64,000 bases of DNA from Callorhinchus milii (taxonomy: Eukaryota): NCBI RefSeq assembly GCF_018977255.1, contig NW_024704742.1, positions 25,794,001 to 25,858,000 of the forward strand. The letters are read 5' to 3'. The notes beneath the pieces were generated by a model. That model did no database searches, had not been told where the DNA came from, and was given only the letters and a program-made list of their open reading frames with translations. The position numbers were made by a program, and so were the translations under genes. Shown here piece after piece: positions 39,647-52,957 of the stretch (positions within the stretch are counted from its first letter, which is position 1; each line of letters opens with the position of its first letter).

Positions 39647-40508
39647 ACAACAACAACAACTTGGATTTAAATAGCACCCTCCACGCCAGACGGTGTCTCA
39701 GAGCACTTTACAGTAACGGATCCCGGGGCCGAGCCAGGGGGAGGGGGAGGAAGGTGACCAAAAGCACGGTCGAAAAGAAAGGTCTTCAGCAGAGACCTGA
39801 AAATGGGAAGGGATGGAGCGAGACAAAGGGAGTGAGGAAGGCAGTTCCAGAGCCTCGGGGCATAGTGGCTGAAGGCACGGCCACCGAGGGTGAAGCGGAG
39901 GAGTCGGGGGACGAGGAGGAGGCCAGACCAGGAGGAACGAAGGCAACGAGTACTGTTTTGAGGAGAGAGGAGGTCAGAGACGTAGGTGGGTGCAGAGGAG
40001 TACAGGGACTTGAATACAATGTGAGGATTTTGAAATCAATCCTCTCTGGGATAGGCAGCCAGTGCAGTCTGGCAAGGACTGGGGTGATCGGGGAGCGGAG
40101 TTTCGTGCGGGTGAGAATGCAGACGACAGAGTTTTGAATGATATGGATTTTATGGATGGTAGTGGATGGGAGACCGGCAAGAAGGGCGGTGGAGTAGTCC
40201 AGCCAAGAGGCGACAAAAGCATGGACCAGGGTTTCAGTGGCTTTTGGGGAGAGGTATTGGCGGAGACGGGCGATGCGTTGGAGGTGGTAGAAGGCGGAGC
40301 TGATGAGGGACAGATGTGGGGGAGGAAGGATAATTGGGAGTGGAACCTGAAGCCTAGGTTGCGTACGGGTTCGGAGAGTTTTAGGGGGAGGTCGGGTAGG
40401 TGGAGGAGGTGAGAGCCATGAGATTTTAGACGTTGATGAGAGCCAAAGAGTATGACTTCCGTCTTGTCAACGTTCAGCTGAAGGAAGTTTGCGCTCATCC
40501 AGCCCCTG
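39647..40508 (-). mobile_element. L2 LINE 3' part
   Basis: WMSANFLQLNVDKTEVILFG and VRNLGF peptides; (GTT)n tail. Confidence 0.92.
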
Positions 40509-40669
40509 ATAGGTAGCCAGTTGTGCAGCAATGATCCACAAACAGCCAGTGGTCATTGAGTGATCAATTTTTGGCAGCTCTGAACAATGCCCCATCTCCC
40601 CAGCAATGCATTGGAGTGTACCATATATAACTACTATGTATATCATATAGAGAGCGTATATAAATGTAC

Positions 40670-40745
40670 CGGACAGATTTTTAATCGATCAATATCTTTG
40701 CTCCTTTCCCTCTGTTCATTCAGCTTCTGTAGTGTTTTCTTCTCC
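40670..40745 (-). CDS. LRRC27: LRRC27-like coiled-coil exon (REKKTLQKLNEQRERSKDIDRLKICP)
   Basis: tttttttattaaag acceptor, CCG|GTACA donor, 76 nt, phase 2 to 0; resembles recalled REKRALQEWRE. Confidence 0.7.
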
Positions 40746-41094
40746 CTTTAATAAAAAAACCCAGGTGAAGTTAAAACTTAGACAACAAAAGTTGTCTAAT
40801 TAGAAAAACACAATATTTTTAACCTTCAAACTTCGGCACCCAGTCATGATTTTATGAATCTTAAATGCAATGTTTAATATACAAGAAGAAATAAAAAGAA
40901 AAAATTGTGAATGTTGGTATTAAACTAGAGAGCAAAGGAAATCCACAGTAGGTCAACTAGCATCTGAAAGAGAAAAACAAATGAATTTTTTGGGTAGAAA
41001 CTTTTGTCAGAGCTGTATTAATTTGCTATGAATGAAAATGTAAGATTAAAATTATAATGACTAACAAAACATTAACAAAAATCAAAGACATTGG

Positions 41095-41630
41095 AATCAT
41101 AAATCATAGAATTATATAGCACAGAAGGAGGTCATTCGGCCCATCACGTCTGTGCTGGCTCTTTGAAAAGAACTATCCAAATCAATCCCACTCCCCGTTC
41201 TTTCCCATAGCCCTGCAAACTTGTCCTCCCCAAATAATTATCTACTTCTCTCTTAAAAGTTGTTATTAAATTGGCTTCCACCACCCATTCAGGCAATGCA
41301 TTCCAGATCTGAACAACTCATCGTGTGAAAAAATTTCTCCTCACCTCCCCTCTGTTTCTTTTAAAAACTATTTTAAATCGGTGCTCTCGGGTTACCGAGC
41401 CACCCGCCAGTGGAAATAGTTTCTCCTTGTTCACCCTATCGAATCCCCTCATAATTTTGAAAACTTCTAGTAAGTTTCCTCTTAACCTTTCTGCTCCAAG
41501 GAAAATAACCTTAGCTTCTCATTCCTGGTACCATCCTGGTAAATCTCCTTTGCACCCTCTCCAATACCTTGATATCCTTCCTAAAGTGTGGGGTCCAGAA
41601 CTGAACGCAGTACTCTAGCTGAGGCCTAAC
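41095..41630 (-). mobile_element. CR1 3' fragment
   Basis: [22 protein letters not shown]1-type tail. Confidence 0.88.
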
Positions 41631-42641
41631 ATTTATGCATCTCTCCATCCTAATTGATTTACAAGCCCACTGAAGAAGGTTATTCCAGCTGGTTTCAGTC
41701 ACATAAAATACCCCATCCATAGCTTCACCTGTAATAACCTTATACAATATTGTGCAATCAGCCTGCATAATGACAGAGGCAAGTTGATTCCAGTCAGTGT
41801 GCTCATTACACTCAAAACCAGCTACCCAACTCTTTGCAGCGCCAAGATATTGCTATTCCGAGCTCTATTGTTTTCGGTAAGGTTTCTGGTGCCGGCACTC
41901 AATTCTTCTGTGGATCATCTATCTTCCCAAACCAGAATACTCCGGGATGCTACTCCCGCGTGAAGTGCGCTATATAAGTGCAAGCTGTTGTTGTTGTTGT
42001 TTTGTCTACTGTCCTAAAACTTAGTATCCAGCACCTGTTAATCTGTGAATGGAGCAAAGGTGCAGATTGTAGATGGCTGATTATGCTCAAAACATAATTT
42101 TGATAAAACGGTATTTTTTGAACATCTCTTGAAGATTGTTGTGCAAGTAAATCTAGTTGCTCTCAATTTTTTTTCCAGATGAACTAGTCTTTCTGTGTGG
42201 CAGGCCCCTTAAGGGTGAGGAATTATTTGCAGCCTCAAAAAAAAATCCATCCAGCTGTAATTCCAATAGCCTTTGATCTGGACGGGTTAGTTAGAAACTC
42301 CCACACATGCTCTGTAATTATGGTCTTGCTCACTTGGAGTCAAAGTAGAGACTTGTAACTGAATGATAAGTGCACTCCATACTCTACTGAATTTTGGATC
42401 ATCAATAAGACTGAGATAGATTGCTTCTCAAAGCATTTATCCGCTTTTGTTCCAAAAATAAATAACATTGCCGGCCACAAGTATATGTCCCATATGCTCT
42501 TGTAAACCTTCTCTACCTTTGCTTAAGTTTGCTTACTATCATTGGATGAATTGGACTGAAATGGCTTTGACACAAACTAAACCATTTTCACTTGGCATGA
42601 AGACTTGTCACTAGTTGAGGCAAGTTCCTGGTGGTGGGTAT

Positions 42642-43872
42642 ATAAGAACATAAGAACATAAGAATTAGGAGTAGGAGTAGGCCATTCAGCCCCTCGAGCC
42701 TGCCCCGCCATTCGATAAGATCATGGCTGATCTTCTGACCTAACTCTAATTACCTGCCCTATCCCCATATCCCCTAATGCCTCTGTTTTTTTAAAAATCT
42801 ATCAGTCTCAGCCTTGAAGATGTTCAAGGACTGAGCATCTATAGCCTTCTGGGGTAGTGAATTCCATAAATTCACTACTCTCTGAGTGAAGAAATATTTC
42901 CTCAACTCTGTTCTAAAACGCTGACCCTTAATTTTAAGACTGTGACCCCTGGTTATAGATTCTCCTACCAGGGGAAACAGACCCTCAGTGTCTACTTTAT
43001 CCAGCCCTTTAAGAATCTTATATGTTTCAATAAGATCTCCCCTAATTCTTCTGTACTCTAGAGAATATAGCCCTAGTTATTCAGCCTATCCTCATAGGTC
43101 AGTCGCCTCATCCCAGGAACTAACCTAGTCTGCTCCACATCCCCCGCCCCAACCGCCCTACCATCGGTGCCCGGGCCTTCAGCCTCTCAGCCCCGAGGCT
43201 CTGGAACTCTATCCCCCAGTGCCTTCGCCGCCTCCTCCCTTTCCTCCTTCAAGGCCGGTCTCAAGACCTTTCTCTTTGACCGTGCCTTCAGCTCCCCTCT
43301 CGACTCTCTACCCCCTCCTCGCTCCCTCCCTTCCCTCCCCTCACCCTGACCATTTCCCCCCTGCTCGGGTCCTGACCCAACTGTACAGCGCCTTGGGATG
43401 TCCTCCCAACGTGAAAGGTGCTCAATAAATGGAATCTTGTTGTTGTTGTTGTAGTGAGTCTACGCTGCACCCTCTCTAGGGCAAGTATGTCCTTTTTTAA
43501 ATAAGGAGACCAAAACTGCACACAATACTCTAGGTGCGGTCTCACCAAGACCCTATACAGTTGCAGCAAAACTTCCCTACTCTTGTACTCTAAACCTTTT
43601 GCAATGAACGCTAACGTGCCGTTCGCCTTCTTAATTGCGTGCTGCACCTGCAAACTAACTTTTTGAGACTGGTGTACAAGGACACCCAAATCCCTCTGAA
43701 CACTAACACTATCTAATCTCTCCCCCTCTAGAAAATAACCTGTTTTTCTATTTTTCTACCTAGGTGAATAACTTCACACTTCCCCACATTAAATTCCATC
43801 TGCCACCTACTCGCCCACTCCTCTAGCCTATCTATATCCCGTTACAATCTTTTTGCATCATCCTCAGAGCTT
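42642..43872 (-). mobile_element. CR1 LINE, same young family as 2866-4578
   Basis: Near-identical sequence and (TTCTTATG)n tail. Confidence 0.95.
43130..43451 (+). mobile_element. L2 3' fragment inserted in CR1
   Basis: SFKAGLKTFLFDRAF; TAGT duplicated at 43126-43129 and 43452-43455. Confidence 0.9.
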
Positions 43873-45075
43873 TAAAAGCTTGCTTTTGTATTCTCCGCCA
43901 TTCCAAAACTAAACCTACAATGAATTCTGCTCTGACTCCAATTAAGGTGGAAGAGACATATAGTTTCAGAGAATTTAAAGTTTGCAAGTAACAAAAGGAC
44001 ACAACAAATTCCACAATACAAACACTCATTCAGGATACACTAAATATATATAATGCAGGAAAGGTGAATCAGGGTGTCACAAATCAATGCCTCCTATGAA
44101 CATGGGATTATAAAATCCTTGAATGAATGTTGAGATCACAAACACTTCTAAACAGAAATCATTAGGGAACTATCATTTTGAGGACAAAGGCGGCTAGTGT
44201 GTGGAAAATTACATAACATTACTGCATTTGTGAGACAGAATTGATCAACATTTGAAAAAAATTGGGCCAATTACAGAAAATATTCATGCATTTAGCTCTA
44301 TTTTTGGTGTGTACTTTAAAATAAACAACTTCCATTGTTTGTGGATGGTGTAGAGAAAATAAACAGTGTGAGAAAACAGTGCGTTTAATTTTCCACTTTT
44401 ATTCAGCACATTGATTCCACTGTGTGCTGCAAGCAACTTTTACAAACCATCAATATACCCACTGTGTGGTGTAGCAAGTGAATTTAATAGCAACTCTGTG
44501 GCTCTATTCTCACCGAATGTGCTTAACCTCAAAAGATTAAGAGGGTGGCAAACTCAAACCACCCAAAAAGATGCACCTTTAAGACAGCTCTGACAGGGTT
44601 TGTTCTTTGTAAGAAGAAGCAATGTTTATTAAGGGAATTGTGCTCCACTTGCTCAAAGGAAAGCATTTATTGATGTTGGTCAAACACCGTTTCGGTCTAT
44701 TTGCTAAACTTGGAAATGTGTTGCTGTGCACATCGAAATAATTGCAATGCAATTTTAAAAGATAATTTAATTTTAGATTTTATAAAAATTAAAATACAAT
44801 TACTTATAAATGCACTGTAAAATCTGCTGATGTTAGTAAGTGGACGAGAATAGTCCACATCAAGAAATCCACTTCTTTGTACAAATGAAGTAGAACAATC
44901 TGCAGAGCGAGTTAAAGGAGCTTCGTAAAGCTCACAACAATCACACTGATTTTTGTTAGTATTGCCAGTGTTGATTCTTTTGTGATATAAGTGTTTTTAT
45001 GAAGATTACCTAAATGAAAGTAACCAAATAAATGCCACTCAACAAAGCATCCGAAGAGGTAAGATTGTTTGTAAC

Positions 45076-45365
45076 TAATAATAATCTTTGTATTTGATAT
45101 AGCGCCTTATCAAGTCTTCGAGACGTCTCAAAGCGCTTCACAGCGCTTGGTAGCCAATTGCGCACATCAGTGTCCCACAAACAGTCGTTTATTGAGTGAC
45201 CAAATTATTTGAAACATTTGTTTAAGGAATTATCACCCCGGAAAAGCAATCCGCCAATCGACTAACAATTGGGTTCCTACTTACTGCTAGGTGTGGAGTA
45301 AGAAATCAAACCCAGGTCCTCTCGCTTGCGAGGCAAATGTTCTAACCATTAAGCTACAGGACTCC
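45076..45365 (-). mobile_element. tRNA-derived SINE, long subfamily, internally deleted
   Basis: Tail, central module and head GCTACAGGACTCC present. Confidence 0.85.
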
Positions 45366-48300
45366 ACACCGTACACTTTCTTGAGGGGATATTCCATTTG
45401 TGATTATGATAAAGCAACATTACATTGTGTACTGATACTTTCAAAAGCCTTTGACAAAGTATTGACCAAGAGAGCTGTTCAGGAGCAGAGAGCAACGTAA
45501 TTGATTACCAGGGTTAGAGAGATAAACTGTAAGGAACGATTGAAACAAATTCGTTATCTGACTCAGTCGGTAACATTTTTGCCTCTGGATCAGAAGATTG
45601 TGGATTCAAGCTGCAAGTTGGTACTTTGAGCTCATATTGTCAGAAGTGTTGTGCTTCAGAATTAATAACTAACTTTCACAGAAACTTTATGAAATGCTTT
45701 GAGAATGATAGAGGCTATAATTTGTTGTTTTTGTCAGCAGGGTGTCTCATTTACAAAAACCCATCAACATGCTTAAAAGTATGCAAACCATACCGAGAGT
45801 TTCATATATTCTTGCCACCTACACATAAGATTTTTCACATTTGTTTTATCTCTTATAATCTTACTGTATTTTTCAATAGAAGTCAACTTCTGGATGTTGC
45901 ACTAAGATCACATGAATTACTTGGTCTGTGTACTTTATATGGGGAAGAATGTCAAGTCTGCATAGGAGAGAATGATCTCCATTATTTATGAAAGTTGGGA
46001 TGAGGTTCAGAGCAATTTTTTTGACATAATGCTTTTTATTATATTCTGTAATGCTCTCACGAGTGATTGTGAGCTGTGATTCATCCACTTTTTTTAAAAG
46101 CATGTTTCTCAAATGAAACTTAATCAAACTTAAAGATAGAGTGGCTTTTTTTCTCCCTATTCACTAACTTAATTTAGTTACATTTTTGATGGGTAGGAAT
46201 GTTGAATCATGCAAAACATGATCCTTTGTCATGAACACCAGACATTCCACCCCTTTGGTTCATATCTCTTATTCCGCTAAAATGAGAGAGTACAGCAATG
46301 TCAGGTATGAAGTTCTTTAATTCAACTGATGAGCAGAAAGTAGCCCGAACTTCAGATCGGGGCCTCAAAGCTTGGCAACTAGTTTTCTGACCCCAGAAAA
46401 TGAAAATCAAATGCAAATCCTTTTGGTAGTTTAGACCTTTGTTTCCACTGGAGCCTATTCCTGCATTCTAACACACCGTTAGTCACAGATAATTATTTGT
46501 GTACAACTAGAAGAGAATGGAGAGTGGAGTCATCTGTGACTCATTTAAAGATCTTCACAAACCAAAACCTGCCAGTGTCCATTTTTCTTGGCATGCGTCT
46601 TTAATTAACCCGGGGGCCCTCTCGGCAGTTTGAAAACTGCTGCTTTTATATTAAATAAAACCAAAATAAAGCAAATTACATATTGTTGACATGAGCTTAT
46701 CTTTAAGTATATCCTAAGCTCTTTTATCTCAGTAGATAATGCCATTAGCTATCTTCCAAAGTAACCTGCCTGAATTACTAATTCAATTTTCAATATGCTT
46801 ACATAATAATTACTATGGATCATTTACAATTCAGTGCAGGCAGATTTAATAATGTCTGTTAGCACTATAGCTGTTTTTTTCGCTTAACAATGACAACCTT
46901 AGGTGGAGGACAGCAAGTGAAATTTGACAATTTTGCTTCATTGATGAAATAGATTTAGTAAGATTTGTTTATGATTTAAAGCTTCAAAGCTTTGCAATGC
47001 TACTGCAGATCAGTTTGAATGTATAAATTTGAGATACAGATCCTAGTATAAAGACTAATGGTGAACACTGGTGCAACATTTGAGAGGCCCTCTCACCTCT
47101 GGGTGAGAAGGTTGCCAGCGCTCTGGGACACTACCCCACATGAAGGGAGCTATATATATGGAAGTTGTTGTTGGTGGTGGTGGTGGTGCTGCAAATCACA
47201 CATCAGGACTTCACCTCATAGTCTATGCTGACATTCCAGCAAGATACTAAAGGAAAGCTGTGTTGTTGAAAGTGCCGTTGTTTTAATAAGATGTTAAACT
47301 GCTTGTTCAGCTGGACGCTAGCAATCCCATAACGACATCCAAATAATGTTTGTCCCTGTGTCCTGGCCAATAATCTTTCAGTGAAGTGTTTTGAAACATT
47401 TGATGCTTTTAGGTGCTGATAAAGTGAACGTTCTTCTTAACATCCATGAAGGTTCACAATGCATTCATATTGGAGCAGAAATAATTCCCAACTAGTGTCA
47501 GTGCAGGTTCTTTGTCATCACATATTTACAATGTCACATTTCTCTGACGTGCATATATTCTTGCAAAACAGCATTAATGATTTACCTTGGTCCTCCAAGT
47601 CACAATAGTGTGGTTACTTGTCCATCACATACTGCCATTCTTCCCTTCCTGGTTGCATATTGGTGAGGGAGGAGGCTTTCCTTCCCAATCAAAAATCTAC
47701 CGATGTTACTCCATCACAAATTCCTTTAAGAGCTTTCTGCAAAATTGGCATTTCCGATCCTGCTGTTGAGCCTTTTTCTCCAAGAACTCCACGGTCCACA
47801 GATTTATTCTCATACTCTCTTGGACTTATGGGACTCATATGGCTTGTTAGTTTCTTCAGAAATATGGAATACACATTATTGCAAGTGTGTCATAACTGGC
47901 TGCTATTCTTATGTCAACGCTAACAAAATCATGTTTCTCACAATTAGCACCAGAATTATATAGAGCTCCTGCAGTCTCATTCGTGTTTTGTTAAGCTATT
48001 GTTAGACACGCTTTTCTCTAGTTTTTGAATGACAAGAGGAATATCAGGCCTTTAGCACTGAATACAAGATTTCCACAGTGTCCACCAAATTCCTGTGTAT
48101 TAGCTGTCATTCCATTAATTCGTCGCATTTATTCTGTACAATGGCAGCTGCAACACTGACCTAGGTTTGGAATTTTGCTTTCCATTACTCCAAGCCATGG
48201 TTCTTTGATTTGTCCATAACCTAGTTAGAATTTCTAGCACCCTTTTCTTATCACATGACTTGAATAATTTATTGATTGGAAGACGTCTCAGGCAAGGAGG

Positions 48301-50197
48301 TGATAAACACTGTAAGGTCTGAATTATTTTCTTTAAAACACATATTGGTCCAGGATTTTTTTTTTACCTTTTGTGCCATTCCAGATAATGGAGGGTCAAA
48401 TTTGTGGTATATCTTAACAAAATTCCTTAATAAAGAACCTACGCTACACAATTAGAACTTCTGCTGATAACCGCTTGGAAGTCCACTCTCTTTCCTGAAT
48501 TCCAGCAGATCTATAGTAATTATATCAAGATGTCTTGTTAAACAATCATATCAATACATACTGCAAATTAGACTTCGATATTACAATACAAATACAGCTG
48601 GAAGAGCAGTAACATGAATCCCAGTAACATAGCAACGTAGGAAGTCAATCCACTGCAATTAAATCACAAGGATGCTAAGCAACAGAAAAAGTTGAAAAGG
48701 ATTTTAATTTCATAGATAAAGGTTTCTAAGTCAGCCCATCTGAAGGAGTAACTTGAGACAAAACAATTTAAGTTTCTTTCTTTAAGAATATCAGATAACA
48801 AATGTTTTATGAAACCTGAATGAGAAAACGCTGAACTCAGATCTCTATGGCACTGACCATAGGGCACAGTACCCACCCCCCCACAGACACACACATACAT
48901 ACACACATTGCAAGAACACAATGACCTCACCACACCTTCCAGCTTATGAAGTCAGTCAATAACAAACATTTGGAGGTTTATATTGGAGGGAGACAGTCAA
49001 CCTCCATTGCACTTCTGCTCTCCCCAATAACCAATTCAGAGCAGCACTAGCACTTTTTACCCTCTTGACTGAAGAAACATGCATAGCATAAGATTGGGAG
49101 TGGGGGAAAGAATAAGGTAGAGAGAGCGACTAAAATACAAAGCTGATTTAAAAACAGCCAAAAAGGATATACCAGCATTGATTAAATCATTTCATGAATT
49201 TAACTTTCAAGATGCCTAATTTATTTGGATTTGCCTACATTTTATGAACATAGAACTTTTACTTTTTTTTATAAAAAAAACATAATGCATATGACATTCT
49301 TGTGAAGAGGTTTTTCTTTTTCAGTCTATCCTTTTAGAATTGATCAATATTTTGTCCTCGTTACTATTTGGGCTGCCGTAGTAAGTACTTCCATTTTGTA
49401 ATCAAAGAGTATAGGTTGCTTAGGTCAAAACGTAAATGAGGTTCAACTAATGTATACACTGTTCACACTCAATAAGGTTTACTTTTAGAAATTGTACGGC
49501 CGCTATAGGAGAATTATTTCTCCTTAAGTTTACCTATGGTGAGGCTGACAAATAACCTAAAGCTATAATGTTTGCTGTGCTTCTAAACATTTTTGTGGAT
49601 GAAGGTAGAGAGCAGAGGTCGAGAGTTTGGCTCATATTGTTTGATCTCCTCATTGAAATTTAGCAGCTGCATGACTACAAGTTCCTGGTTGGCAGTCAGG
49701 AGCCTTGCCTTTGGTGTCCCTTCGCAAATACTGAGAAGAGTGTGGTTGCTGGTACTGTATTGTGGGGATGCCCCATGTTGGATTTTGAATGGGTTTTTCT
49801 TCGTAACAAACAAGAAGAGGCTGCTGATAGAGATCTGCTAGTGAAACACTGATGAAAGTGATTGAGTGGGTAGGAGCATCACTAAAAGAAAGCTAATAAT
49901 AGGATTCAATAAGAAGTTGTACAATGAAGGTGGTAAATCCGTTTACAGTAACAAGAATAATTCTTGGCAGGGTGTATCCTTACTTGTTTCAGGCTTTTGT
50001 TGCTGAACTAACTTTAAATCCAACCAACTAATTTGCCATGGACACAGAGAGAGACGAAGATAAGTAGATAGGACTAATAGTATTTTAAAATCTTTGCTTC
50101 ATTGTGTAATTGTCAAGTAATAACAGTCAGAGGAGGCAACTTTTGTGCCCTTCTTATGTTTTGCATGTAGAAAAAGCAAATATCATAAACAATTTAC

Positions 50198-50344
50198 CTT
50201 TGGATTTGCTCTGTCAGGATTTGTTTCTCTGTAAGTTGCTGGTAGGCAGACTTGGGCCTTCCCTTTGATGTTTTGTTACTTGGTGTAGTGCTACACTGAG
50301 CACTACCGTTGTTATTTGCTTGAACCCGTGATTTCTTCTTCGCA
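50198..50344 (-). CDS. LRRC27: LRRC27-like exon (SAKKKSRVQ...AYQQLTEKQILTEQIQR)
   Basis: ttcacag acceptor, AAG|GTAAA donor, 147 nt, phase 2 to 2; end resembles recalled ALRELQEKQALMEQQRR. Confidence 0.75.
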
Positions 50345-51530
50345 CTGTGAATATAATATTCAATATCTTAAATGAGCAAAACACACAAGCCAAGTTTAAA
50401 ATTGTTTTAAAAAAACCTCAATATGTTTGAACACATTTGTATGTGTTTCTTATTTAGAATTTTTCAAAAAAAACTTATATCTGAGATAAAATTTAATATT
50501 GGGATACATTTAATAGGTGTCAGACTTGCTGGAGCAGAAGATTGAACACTTTCCTGGAGCAGAAGATTGAGATTTGCAGCCATCTGTTAGGATTTAAGGA
50601 TACTGGAACAGGGGGAAGATATTCAGCTCATCAAGCCTGTTCTACTAATTTATTAAATCATAACATCTTTTAATCCTATTTCCTGCCTTTTCTTCATATT
50701 CTTTCTTACCCTAATTTCCATGTATCTATCTATATATATCCATTACCTATATGCATCTGTGTCTGTCTGTCTGTCTGCCAAATATCCTAATTAGATTCTG
50801 CCTCTATAGCTTTCCACATCTTCACAACTCTCTGTGTGGAGATTTGTTTTCTGATTTTAAGGTTACCCACCAAGCACTATTTGTAAGGTTATTTTTGTTC
50901 CCTTGTTTTGGATCCCTTTCCAGAGGGCAGTCATCCAGCTGGTCAATTTCCTTCAATACCTTAAACACCTCTGTCAGATCACGTATTAACCTCCAAATCT
51001 AATACAAGTCTACCCAGCCTCTTATCATAGTGAACTCTCTCATCCCAGGAACTAATCTAGTGAATTACTGCTAGCACCCTTTAAGACTAGTGTACACTTG
51101 ATATTTCAGTCTACACTGGCAGAACGCGTCATTGTTGGCGATGTCATCCTTCAGAAAAACATTGAATTGGAAGTCCCACCTGTCTGTCTTCAGGTGAATA
51201 TTGAACATCCCTTACAAAATGAAAAGGTGGAAAGGCAGTTACTCTCAATATCCTGGCTAATTCCTCCATATAAATTTGTCATTCACCTCATGATTTGTAA
51301 GATGTTGGCTGTGCAAATGCTGCATTTGCCCACAAATATACTGCACTTCACAGTAAATCCTACAAAGTGCTTTGGGACATCCTCACAATGTGAAAGGCTT
51401 TATAGCAAATAGTCAAGGATTATTATTGTTATAATTGTTTGTGGGACTTTGCTATGTACAAATTGCTGCCATATTTTCATTGTTACAGTAACTAAATAAT
51501 CATTGCTTTGCATAATGATCCATTTCATAC

Positions 51531-51734
51531 CTTAGTAACGTTTCAGATTGGATTATTTGGGGGTTATTGTAGCGAACGGGTTTGGGGAGCAGCTCAAAGC
51601 AAAGAGAACGTCCGTGCACAAATAAAGGTTCTACTTCTCTACTTCTATAATGCTCTCTGTAGTCCATATAGAAATCTGTCAATGAATTTCTTATACTTCT
51701 TTTTCCAATGGAACCTCTTTGGCTGCAGGAACTG
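51531..51734 (-). CDS. LRRC27: Probable LRRC27-like exon 5b (SSCSQRGSIG...FELLPKPVRYNNPQIIQSETLL)
   Basis: Strong ttctctgtttttag(cag) NAGNAG acceptor, AAG|GTATG donor, 204 nt open, phase 2 to 2, compatible with the next exon. Confidence 0.6.
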
Positions 51735-52302
51735 CTAAAAACAGAGAAGTAGATAAAATTACGATCATACCATAATCCTTTCCACAGTTCAGGTCATTTG
51801 CCATTCAACCCAATTCCCAAATAAACTAATCTTTCTGATGAGCCTTTATTAAGAAAAACTAATAGCTTCCCCTTTCCTGCATCTGAAAAACAGTGTCACT
51901 ACAAAATAAAATATTTTAAAAAATTTGTCAGCAGGATACATGAAAAACTCAGTACAATAAGTGTCTAGCAAGACAGAATGCCAGAAGATGAATACAAAGT
52001 AGGCAAAAACATTTGATCCACTGCTGAAACAATCATCCTTGCATTTGATTTAGCACCTTTCACATTGGGATGATGTCTCAAACTACTTCACAGGGTTTTC
52101 TATAAAGTATAATGATTGCGTATTTTGTAAGTGAACAAATATCCTGTCAAACAGATCTCTCTTTCTGCTTGTGCATGGATTTGTGTTTTTTTTAAACAAA
52201 TTTATTTGCATTGCATAAAAATATATTGTATTTTAAAAATTCCATTACAGCAATGGAACCAAAAGATCGCTATTATTAGTTAGCAAATGGATTCATCCTG
52301 AC

Positions 52303-52438
52303 CCTGTGAGTGGCATTGCAGGAACCTGAACTGGCAGATGGGACCTTGATTTAATGACTGAAGGTACATGTATGGCAGGTGTTACAGGTAACCAATTCTT
52401 TTCATTGGCTGTTAATTTCAGATTAAGATTATTTCTTT
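52303..52438 (-). CDS. Candidate LRRC27-like exon 5a (ERNNLNLKLTANEKNWLPVTP...PAMPLT)
   Basis: 136 nt open, phase 1 to 2, which bridges exon 4 to the exon at 51734; weak splice sites; no recognised homology. Confidence 0.35.
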
Positions 52439-52957
52439 CTGATTTACATATAGTGCATAATAAACCAAATTTTACCTGAACCCCATGATTTGTTACACCC
52501 TATAGCTGTGACTATCTTGGATGATATTACGTGTACAGCTGGGAGTTGTTGGCTTCGCCTTTGCTCTATGTTTTGTTGCTTTCAATTGCTATGTAAAATA
52601 TGTTATTAATTAACATTAATAATAATAATATTCTTTGCATTTAACATAGCACCTTAAGACATTGTTGAAATATCTCAAAGCGCTTTGCAGGATATATTGT
52701 AAAGTGAAATGACTGTATATTTGTAGTCGAAATGTGGCAGCCAAATGCACGGAGGGCGCTACATAAGTGCAAATTCTTGTTGTTGTTGTTGTATCCCAGA
52801 AACGTTGTGGATTGATTGAACAAATTTTTTTGTTTGTTTTTCTTGGATTATTACCCCAGAAAGCGATCCAACAATCAACTAACTACCAGGTTTCTACTTA
52901 CTGCTAGATAAACAGAGATGTATGGAGTAGGGAAATGTGTTTTACGGGGCACCACAA

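Noticed and set aside
43870..43915. LVLEWRRIQKQAFKA as the LQEWRE exon
   Set aside because: Wrong phase, runs into CR1 without a donor; 40745-40670 fits better
45873..47963. Short intronic ORFs (84, 69, 101 and 61 aa)
   Set aside because: No recognisable domains and no phase-consistent splice sites
48624..48636. RFX X-box-like GTAACATAGCAAC
   Set aside because: A single degenerate motif far from the start; expected by chance
51770..51882. Exon candidate with a good acceptor
   Set aside because: In-frame TGA and only about 35 nt to the next acceptor
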